From: Candidatus Micrarchaeota archaeon
GTDB lineage: Archaea; Micrarchaeota; Micrarchaeia; Anstonellales; Bilamarchaeaceae
Assembly: GCA_040754495.1 (NCBI GenBank)
Contig: JBFMCO010000044.1
Location: forward strand, 1 to 18,361
Direction of reading: 5' to 3'
Length of the DNA stretch: 18,361 bases
The notes beneath the pieces are model-generated. The model was not told where the DNA came from. It made no database searches and was given only the letters and a program-made list of their open reading frames with translations. Positions 7,844 through 13,949 of this stretch are shown one piece after another. The position numbers and the translations under genes were made by a program. Every line of letters begins with the position of its first letter. Within the stretch, counting starts at the first letter, position 1.

Positions 7844-9280
7844 CTAAGCCGTCTCGGGCCCGGCCTTCTCGCTACGCACGCCGAAATCAGCGACCTCGGC
7901 GGACCACCAGTTGCCGTATTTCTCGCGCAGCTTCTCCTCAATCGGCCTGGACTCCTTAATAGCGATTTCGACGTCTTTCCTTTCGATGAACTCCTTCTTC
8001 CCGGTCGCGGCCATGTCGCCGGCCATCTTGATTATGCCGCTGAGGTTCCTCAGCCTGAGGGTGAAGCCCTTCGCGTTGTCTATGCGCCTCGCTATGTTCC
8101 TCGCCTCGTCCACGACCAGCTTCACTCCTGCCTTCTCCATGTGCGGTATCTTGCCGTCCTTGATTATCTCCTGGGCCATGAACTGGACGAGCCTGTCCTC
8201 GTTTTCCGGCGAATCATCCATGTATCCGTTCATGAGCACCTCGTAGCCGTCGCCCCTTATGCGCGAGCGCAGCGGGGGGACTATGTTCTTCATGTCGTTG
8301 ATGTTGCAGGCGCCGACGAATATGAAATCGCAGGGCACGCCCTCGACGCGGACGGCCGCGCCGCTGCTCATGGGGTTGCGGCCGACAATCGGGAACTGCT
8401 TGTCCTGCATGGCCGTGAGTATGAACCGCTGGATGTTCCCTAGGGTGGAAAGCTCGTCTATGAAGAGCACACCCTCGTGGGCCTCGTGCACTGCACCTGG
8501 CACGACGCGCATGTAAGCAGGCGTGCCGAGGCTCTGGTGGCCGCCGTACGGGTCGTGCCGGATGTCGCCGAGGAGCTCGGTCTCGCTCCCGCCGCTCGCC
8601 TGCACGAACGTGGAGCGCTTGAGCGGGACGATGACCTTCCTTTTGGCCTTCTTGCTCATTTCCTCGATTTTCTTTATCTCGTCCTGCCTGAGCATGATGA
8701 TTTTGCCCTCAGGCGTCCTCTCGTAGATTATGACCTCCTCCTTGCCGTCGATTGCGCGCCTCGTAGTGGCCACGCGCATCCTGTCCGGCTCCGGCGGGAG
8801 GTTCATCTGCGGGGGCATCCCGTAGCGGTCGAACACGTTCTTCTGGTTCTTGGCCGCTCCGCACTGCGGGCAGATGGTCTCTGTGAACGGGCTGAGGGCG
8901 GCGCACCTGCGGCAGCGGAATCCCAGCCTTTCCGATACGAACGTGGGCACGTCCAGGGGGGATATCTCCGTCCCGATCTGCCTCTCCTGCTTCTTGTCCC
9001 TCTTTATGCTGCCCTCGTCCCTGATTTCCACGATGGGGCGCTCCGGATTCTCGGCATTTTCAAGCACCGAGACTTCGAATCTGGGCTTCGTGAGCACGCT
9101 CGCTATGGCCTGCGCAATCATGCTTTTGCCGGTTCCCGGGGGGCCGACCAGAAAGAGGTGCCTCCGCTGGTACGGGACCATCTTCGCTATGGCAACTGCC
9201 TCAGGCTGGCCTATGATTCTCTCGAAAGGGTCCTTCGGGATTAATACGTCTCTGGTCGTCTCGAACTCGAGCTGGGGCAT
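7844..9280 (-). CDS. Archaeal LonB-like AAA+ ATPase lacking the C-terminal Lon protease domain, with a Zn-ribbon insertion, 478 aa
   Basis: LonB-type N-terminus (IPKDPFERIIGQ..A), Walker A GPPGTGKS, GAVHEAHEGVLFIDE (Walker B), LRSRIRG.GYEV and TLRLRNLSG. The protein ends shortly after the lid helices. CRRC-x10-CPQC insertion and no obvious transmembrane segment. Confidence 0.85.
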   Translation of the reverse strand: MPQLEFETTRDVLIPKDPFERIIGQPEAVAIAKMVPYQRRHLFLVGPPGTGKSMIAQAIASVLTKPRFEVSVLENAENPERPIVEIRDEGSIKRDKKQERQIGTEISPLDVPTFVSERLGFRCRRCAALSPFTETICPQCGAAKNQKNVFDRYGMPPQMNLPPEPDRMRVATTRRAIDGKEEVIIYERTPEGKIIMLRQDEIKKIEEMSKKAKRKVIVPLKRSTFVQASGGSETELLGDIRHDPYGGHQSLGTPAYMRVVPGAVHEAHEGVLFIDELSTLGNIQRFILTAMQDKQFPIVGRNPMSSGAAVRVEGVPCDFIFVGACNINDMKNIVPPLRSRIRGDGYEVLMNGYMDDSPENEDRLVQFMAQEIIKDGKIPHMEKAGVKLVVDEARNIARRIDNAKGFTLRLRNLSGIIKMAGDMAATGKKEFIERKDVEIAIKESRPIEEKLREKYGNWWSAEVADFGVRSEKAGPETA

Positions 9281-9303
9281 GGATATAATCTGCCACCAAC
9301 TAC

Positions 9304-9313
9304 TATTTATAAG
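9304..9313. promoter_or_regulatory. Shared TATA-like element for the divergent Lon-like and small-protein genes
   Basis: TATTTATAAG with palindromic core TTATAA (9307-9312), about 24-28 bp from ATG 9333 (+) and ATG 9280 (-). Confidence 0.55.
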
Positions 9314-9332
9314 TGCGTCCCCGTATCCTGGC

Positions 9333-9494
9333 ATGGTCTCCGTCCAGACTGTCCCGGACCTGGCGCCAAGCCCTGACAAGCTCAGCCTTGAGCCGCTGTT
9401 CCAGTCCTCTTACGCCGTGTGCCTCGGGGTGGCGGCAATATTCCTGGCCCTGATAATAATCTACTTCCTCCTGAGGGGGAGGAAACAATATTAA
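9333..9494 (+). CDS. Small single-pass membrane protein, 53 aa
   Basis: MVSVQ...AVCLGVAAIFLALIIIYFLL-RGRKQY: one hydrophobic helix followed by a basic tail. TATA-like box at a leaderless-type distance. Confidence 0.6.
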   Translation: MVSVQTVPDLAPSPDKLSLEPLFQSSYAVCLGVAAIFLALIIIYFLLRGRKQY

Positions 9495-9495
9495 G

Positions 9496-9563
9496 ACAAG
9501 TAAGGAACGGACCAAAATAACGAGTTGAGAGAGGCGGGAGGTACGGTCCGTTCCATTACTTGT
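9496..9563 (-). ncRNA. Putative structured RNA hairpin, copy 1
   Basis: On + strand ACAAGTAA-GGAACGGACC [31-nt loop] GGTCCGTTCC-A-TTACTTGT gives 18 Watson-Crick pairs with one bulge. Strand inferred from copy 2. Confidence 0.5.
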
Positions 9564-9573
9564 ACAGTATGAC

Positions 9574-9592
9574 GAAGGGGAAGTTCCCCTTC
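9574..9592. repeat. Perfect 9-bp inverted repeat with a 1-nt spacer
   Basis: GAAGGGGAA-G-TTCCCCTTC. Confidence 0.7.
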
Positions 9593-9617
9593 CTTTTCTA
9601 ATGATTCCTATGAGCAT

Positions 9618-9660
9618 AAAAAAAAGAGGTTGGCTAGAAACCCTGGTCGGGAGTTTCTAG
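9618..9660 (-). terminator. Candidate terminator for minus-strand transcription: hairpin followed by a T8 tract
   Basis: CTAGAAAC...GTTTCTAG inverted repeat (9634-9660), then eight A on + strand (9618-9625), i.e. T8 on the minus strand, downstream of the wHTH gene. Confidence 0.5.
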
Positions 9661-9692
9661 TCCCCGGTCTTACCGGGTTGTTTTGGGAGGAT

Positions 9693-9759
9693 AACAAGTT
9701 GAGAACGGACTAAAATAATTTGAGAGAGGCGGGAGGTATAGCCCGTTCTCAGCCTTGCC
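9693..9759 (-). ncRNA. Putative structured RNA hairpin, copy 2
   Basis: Minus strand GGCAAG-GC-U-GAGAACGGGCUA [loop] UAGUCCGUUCUC-A-A-CUUGUU. Three positions are G-U wobbles on the minus strand but A-C mismatches on the plus strand. Shares a 19-nt loop sequence with copy 1. Confidence 0.5.
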
Positions 9760-9780
9760 ATCAGTATCTGACTTTATGCT

Positions 9781-10224
9781 TCATACCGGAAAGAAGTAAA
9801 CCTTCTTCCCGACCTGCTGCTTTCCCAGCAGCCCCATGTCACACAGGCGGTTGAGCCTGGCGGATGCCGCGTTCTTTCCGCGATAGTTGAACTTCGCCCG
9901 GACCTCTTCGGCCGTGGCGCGTCCGCTCTCCTTCACGAACCCGAGTATCTGCTCGTCGATTTCAGGCAGGAGCGGCTCGGCCGCAGGCGCGCCCGTCTGG
10001 GGGGCCGCGCCAACCCTGGCTTCCATCGCCTCCAGCTTCTGGAGGACGTTCTTGAGCAGCCTGTTCGTGTTCTCGCGCTCCTCAAGAAGCCGGTAAACCA
10101 GCTCGCCGAGGACGATTGGGTCGCGGAACTTGTCCATGTTCGCTTCCAGGTCGCTTCGTATTTCTCTGGTGAACGCGTTGTCGCTAGGTTTATATTCTTT
10201 GTCGTCGTTGTTCTTCACGAGCAT
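9781..10224 (-). CDS. Coiled-coil plus C-terminal winged-helix DNA-binding protein
   Basis: LLEERENTNRLLKNVLQKLEAME (coiled-coil-like) and IDEQILGFVKESGRATAEEV...ASARLNRLCDMGLL..QQVGKKVYF (wHTH with wing). Start uncertain: TTG 10230, ATG 10224 or GTG 10218. Confidence 0.75.
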   Translation of the reverse strand: MLVKNNDDKEYKPSDNAFTREIRSDLEANMDKFRDPIVLGELVYRLLEERENTNRLLKNVLQKLEAMEARVGAAPQTGAPAAEPLLPEIDEQILGFVKESGRATAEEVRAKFNYRGKNAASARLNRLCDMGLLGKQQVGKKVYFFPV

Positions 10225-10271
10225 CACCAACGCATTGCGATGAAATCACGCAACTGTCATGACATAATCAT

Positions 10272-10291
10272 GATACATTTTTAAATCTATC
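10272..10291. promoter_or_regulatory. Inverted repeat overlapping the TATA-like element of the divergent promoter; candidate operator
   Basis: GATACATTT-TT-AAATCTATC (8/9 inverted match) containing TTTTTAAAT. Confidence 0.45.
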
Positions 10292-10317
10292 GCTTTTTTC
10301 CTATCATAGGTGACCAC

Positions 10318-10869
10318 TTGAACCGACTCACCCCCCTTGCCTCGAAGGTCCTGTCCGCTTTCCACAAGCGGAACCAGCGCAACCTCCGCAAGCTCAACGA
10401 CGAGATACTCAAGGGCACGGCCATGGAATGCGACACGGTATGCTTCGACATGGCCGTCTTCTCTTACGTCCTCTCGAAGATAGTGTCCAAGCCCCGCTTC
10501 CTCCGGCCCGAATACAAGAGCGGCCTGGATGGCATCGAGCGCGCACTCTCGCGCCTCGTGGAGCGCCTCGATAGCGCCGAGGAGTCGGAGCTCCTCTCGC
10601 TGTTCCAGGAGCTCGAGAGGGCGATAGCGCACCTCGAGGAGAAGGACCCTCGCTTCGTGGTGGACCTGGTCACGAAGGGCAAGCTCAAGATGGCCGCGAC
10701 GTTCTACGCCCAGGGCATGAGCCTCGGCGTGGCCGCGGAGATGACCGGCCTCGAAAAGCAGGAAATCCTCGATTACGCCGGCGAGACGATGATGTTCGAC
10801 CGTTTCAAGAACGAGAGAAGCATATCCGAGAGGATGAGGATGGCGAGGAAGGTCCTCTCGACCGGATGA
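10318..10869 (+). CDS. Conserved hypothetical protein with C-terminal UPF0175-like HTH
   Basis: TTG start preceded by SD AGGTGA (10308-10313). C-terminal FYAQGMSLGVAAEMTGLEKQEILDY resembles the UPF0175 HTH pattern (Y..G.ISLG.AAE..G). Confidence 0.65.
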   Translation: MNRLTPLASKVLSAFHKRNQRNLRKLNDEILKGTAMECDTVCFDMAVFSYVLSKIVSKPRFLRPEYKSGLDGIERALSRLVERLDSAEESELLSLFQELERAIAHLEEKDPRFVVDLVTKGKLKMAATFYAQGMSLGVAAEMTGLEKQEILDYAGETMMFDRFKNERSISERMRMARKVLSTG

Positions 10870-10893
10870 TTTTATAAGAACAGCCGAATTAAG

Positions 10894-11580
10894 ATGGCCA
10901 TGGCCCGCGACATCCTCTGCGATTCCGGCGTACTGATATCCCTGACGGCTGGCTGCCTCGACAGGATCCTCTACTTCTTCGCCGAGCACCATGACGTGCG
11001 GTTCGTCATCCCGCCCTCGGTCGAATACGAGACCGTGACAAGGCCCATGTACAACGGCCTCAAGAAGCACCTCTTCTCGGCCATCCGCATCAAGGACGCA
11101 ATCGAGGACGGCGTCGTGGTGGTCGTCGACGCGAAGGTCGAGGACGAGGCGAAGAGGATGATGCACGCGGCGAACAACCTCCTTTTCGTCAAGGGGAAGC
11201 CCATCCGCCTCATCCAGTTCGGCGAATCCGAGATGCTGGCCCTCGCCATCGAGCTGGGAATCGCGAACATCCTCGTGGATGAACGGACTACGCGCATGCT
11301 CATCGAGGCCCCCTTCAGGCTCAAGGAGCACCTCGAATCCGAGTTCCAGGTGAATGTGATGGTCAACAAGAACAGCTACCGGGACCTGTCATCGCGGGTG
11401 TCCGGCCTGAACGTCCTGCGCAGCAGCGAGCTGGTCATGCTCGCCTACGAGCGGGGTTTCTTCAAGAATTTCGGGAACCTCCAGAGGGCGGCGCTCGAGG
11501 CGGCGCTCTACAAGATGAAATACTCCGGCTGCTCGATAAGCTTCGAAGAGATCCACGGATACCTGGAGACGGTGAAATAG
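10894..11580 (+). CDS. PIN-domain protein (COG2405/DUF3368-like)
   Basis: ILCDSGVLI (first acidic residue), SVEYE and GESEMLALAIELG...ILVDERTTR match PIN acidic motifs. Alternative ATG at 10900. Confidence 0.75.
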   Translation: MAMARDILCDSGVLISLTAGCLDRILYFFAEHHDVRFVIPPSVEYETVTRPMYNGLKKHLFSAIRIKDAIEDGVVVVVDAKVEDEAKRMMHAANNLLFVKGKPIRLIQFGESEMLALAIELGIANILVDERTTRMLIEAPFRLKEHLESEFQVNVMVNKNSYRDLSSRVSGLNVLRSSELVMLAYERGFFKNFGNLQRAALEAALYKMKYSGCSISFEEIHGYLETVK

Positions 11581-11593
11581 CGCTAGTGATAAG

Positions 11594-12280
11594 ATGCAGC
11601 AGTTCCTCGATTCCCCTGAATCCCCGCAGGTGCGCATAGCCGTGGACCAGCGCGAGGACGCCGTTTTCGACTCCATGCTGGAGGGGATGGGCGCGATTGT
11701 GGAGCGGCGCGTGCTGGGCGTGGGCGACTTCCTCTGCTCGGCGCGATTGGCAATCGAGCGCAAGACGCGGGCGGATTTCGAGCAGTCCGTGATTGACGGA
11801 AGGCTTTTTTCGCAGCTTCCCAATCTTGTCTCGAACTACGGGCGCGTCGTGGTCATCGTCGAGGGCATGAGCGACGAGGAGCGGCTTTCAAGGGACTCGC
11901 TGCTCGGCGCGTATTCGTCCATAATCGCGGATTTCGGGGCATCTCTCATATTCACGCGCGACAAGGCCGGAACGGCCGAGCTCGTGTTCCATCTGGCGAA
12001 GCACGAGCAGCTTGCAAGGAAGCAGCCGATGCGCATCTACGCGAAGAAGAAGGCGCTGACGCCGTCGCAATCGTCCCGCGCCATCGTGGAGTCCCTTCCC
12101 ATGGTCGGGCCGAAGCTGGCAAAGAGCCTGCTCCGGCATTTCGGGAGCGTGGAGGCGCTCGCGCACGCGTCCGAGCGTGACATCTCCGAGGTCCCCGGGC
12201 TCGGGAAGAAAAGGGCGAAGGTCATAAAGGCGATACTATCCTATCCTTACAACGAGGACGAGGACCGGTCGGAGTATTAA
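11594..12280 (+). CDS. xpf: Short-form XPF/ERCC4 structure-specific endonuclease with tandem HhH
   Basis: VDQRE, GDF...IERKT..DF (GDx-ERKx3D), IIDGRLFSQ-like segment, C-terminal LPMVGPKLAKSLLRHFGSV and VPGLGKKRA HhH motifs. No helicase domain. Confidence 0.9.
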   Translation: MQQFLDSPESPQVRIAVDQREDAVFDSMLEGMGAIVERRVLGVGDFLCSARLAIERKTRADFEQSVIDGRLFSQLPNLVSNYGRVVVIVEGMSDEERLSRDSLLGAYSSIIADFGASLIFTRDKAGTAELVFHLAKHEQLARKQPMRIYAKKKALTPSQSSRAIVESLPMVGPKLAKSLLRHFGSVEALAHASERDISEVPGLGKKRAKVIKAILSYPYNEDEDRSEY

Positions 12281-12305
12281 TATTTTTTAGCCGCGTATTC
12301 CCCCC

Positions 12306-13190
12306 ATGCGGGTCCCATGCAACGGAATTCACATCGGCCTTGACAGCCCCGAGGGGGAGCTCTCTTTCCTCTCGCATGCCCACTCCGACCACACGAACGG
12401 CCTGAAAAGGCTGGAGCGCATGATATCCACCCGGGCCACGCTGGACCTTGCCGGAATAAATGCAAAACTCGAAACCCCTCAAAACACGAAACTCCTCGAT
12501 GCCGGCCACATCCTCGGGGCCAGGCAGCTCAGCGTCGAATCGGACGGCGAGAGCGTCGTATACACGGGGGACTTCTGCCTCAAGCCGAACGTCTTCGGGA
12601 TGAAGGCCGAGATTCCCCGCTGCGAGCGCCTGATAATGGAGGCCACCTACGGGGACCCTGCATACGTCTTCCCGCCCCTCGAGACCATCCATGCCGACAT
12701 CCAGCGCTGGGTGCGCGGGAACGACAAGGCGAACCTCGTAATCGGATGCTACGAACTCGGCAAGGCGCAGGAGGTAATCAAGGTCCTGAACGAGTGCGGC
12801 ATCGCGCCTGTGGTCACGCCGAAAACCGAATCCTTCTGCTCGGTCTATGAGAAGCACGGCCTGAAGCTCGACCGAATCGTCGTCGGGAGCGGAGAGGCGG
12901 AGGAAGCGATGTCCCGGCCATTTGTAGCCATCGTCCAGATGGGCAAGGCAAAGCGGTATTTCGCGAAGCGGCTTGCCGAGGCATTCGAGCGCGAAACACT
13001 CTGCGCGGTCGCGACGGGCTGGGCGCTACATTACCGCTTCAACGCCGACGCGGCGTTCCCGCTGAGCGACCACGCGGATTTCAACGACCTCGTGCATTTT
13101 GTCGAGCAGAGCGAGGCAAAGAAGGTGGAATTCTTCTGCGGGGACGGCTCCCGCGTCCTTCAGGCCCTTGGAACAGCTTTTAATGCTTGA
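12306..13190 (+). CDS. Metallo-beta-lactamase/beta-CASP nuclease
   Basis: SHAHSDH (HxHxDH), AGHILGA, YTGD, LIMEATYG and LSDHADF motifs. Confidence 0.88.
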   Translation: MRVPCNGIHIGLDSPEGELSFLSHAHSDHTNGLKRLERMISTRATLDLAGINAKLETPQNTKLLDAGHILGARQLSVESDGESVVYTGDFCLKPNVFGMKAEIPRCERLIMEATYGDPAYVFPPLETIHADIQRWVRGNDKANLVIGCYELGKAQEVIKVLNECGIAPVVTPKTESFCSVYEKHGLKLDRIVVGSGEAEEAMSRPFVAIVQMGKAKRYFAKRLAEAFERETLCAVATGWALHYRFNADAAFPLSDHADFNDLVHFVEQSEAKKVEFFCGDGSRVLQALGTAFNA

Positions 13191-13215
13191 AGTTCCTTTC
13201 ACTGCTGGTGATATA

Positions 13216-13533
13216 TTGGCAGTCAAGAAAAGGAATCCGATATTCGTCGTCGTGGCGAGCTTCCTGACGTTTTTCATATACGCCCTCTACTGGTTCTACG
13301 CGACTAGGGAGGAGCTGAACGGCCTCACCGGCGGCAAGACAAGCGCGCTTCTCTGGACAATCGGCCTCTTTGTGCCGCTTGTGAACCTCTACGTCCTGTG
13401 GAAATACTGCGAGGACAGCGAGAAGGCGACGAAAGGCGCACTGGGCAAGATACTGATGTTCGTTGTCTGGATAGTTTTCTTCCCGGCCGCGCAGTTCCTT
13501 GTGCAGACCGAGCTGAACAAGCTGGCCAAATAA
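13216..13533 (+). CDS. DUF4234-like small membrane protein, about 105 aa
   Basis: KKRNP..V...FLTFFIYALYWFY...EEL and C-terminal VQTELN match the recalled DUF4234 pattern. TTG 13216 follows SD GGTGA (13207-13211); alternative ATG at 13183. Confidence 0.72.
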   Translation: MAVKKRNPIFVVVASFLTFFIYALYWFYATREELNGLTGGKTSALLWTIGLFVPLVNLYVLWKYCEDSEKATKGALGKILMFVVWIVFFPAAQFLVQTELNKLAK

Positions 13534-13597
13534 GTTATAAATTGTTCATTCCTTTTTTTATTTATCAAAGCCACACTATTTTGTGAGCCAGTTGTTG

Positions 13598-13702
13598 ATG
13601 GCCACGATATAGCCGAACGGCGGTGTCAAGGTCGGCGTTCCGACCTTGAGCATGCTCGCGAACGAATCGTCGTTCGCGACACCGTTCGTCTATCTCGGCC
13701 AT
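13598..13702. other. Highly structured three-way-junction element immediately upstream of tRNA-His
   Basis: Imperfect terminal inverted arms (13598-13625 with 13680-13702) enclose two perfect 10-bp hairpins, TCAAGGTCGG-cgtt-CCGACCTTGA (13626-13649) and TCGCGAACGA-atcg-TCGTTCGCGA (13656-13679), separated by GCATGC. Confidence 0.8.
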
Positions 13703-13721
13703 GCTCACTTGCGTTCGCATG

Positions 13722-13792
13722 GCCACGATGGCGTAATGGTAGCGTGAGAGGCTGTGGCCCTCTAGGCCCGTGTTCGATTCACGGTCGTGGCC
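13722..13792 (+). tRNA. trnH: tRNA-His (GTG), intronless, CCA not encoded, genomic G at -1 (13721)
   Basis: Acceptor GCCACGA/TCGTGGC with discriminator C; D-arm GCGT-AATGGTA-GCGT; anticodon arm AGAGG-CTGTGGC-CCTCT; T-arm CCGTG-TTCGATT-CACGG. Confidence 0.95.
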
Positions 13793-13949
13793 CTTATATT
13801 CAAGTTCGAGTCCCGGGCATACGCGGAAACACAAACCGCGACAACTCCGGGGCTTTGCGCCGAGGCCCTTGCTTTGGCCGGATTCGCATCTCGCAAACAT
13901 GCAACATCTTGCATGAAAAAACAAAAAGACTGGAAGCGAGGTGTTGGGT

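Noticed and set aside
8850-9332. 214-aa version of the small membrane protein
   Set aside because: The upstream part is antisense to the Lon-like gene; only the last 53 codons have independent support.
9303-9617. 104-aa minus-strand ORF through the hairpin region
   Set aside because: Overlaps the better-supported small membrane protein and the hairpins; no SD or TATA support.
9496-9767. CRISPR array or replication origin
   Set aside because: Only two imperfect copies with a conserved middle and variable flanks (opposite to repeat-spacer logic), no cas genes, no convincing ORB consensus and no cdc6/orc1 gene nearby.
10246-11331. 361-aa minus-strand ORF
   Set aside because: Antisense shadow of two plus-strand genes that have SD/TATA signals and family motifs.
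13598-13702. Structured element as a 5S rRNA, second tRNA or BHB intron
   Set aside because: No 5S conserved loops (CCCAUCCCGAAC, GUUAAG), no 7-nt anticodon loop or TTC T-loop on either strand despite a tRNA-like GCCGAGATAG start on the minus strand, and no bulge-helix-bulge geometry found.
13800-13830. Second tRNA or split-tRNA 3' half after tRNA-His
   Set aside because: The T-stem 5' strand (TCAAG) does not pair with CCCGG and no anticodon arm is present.
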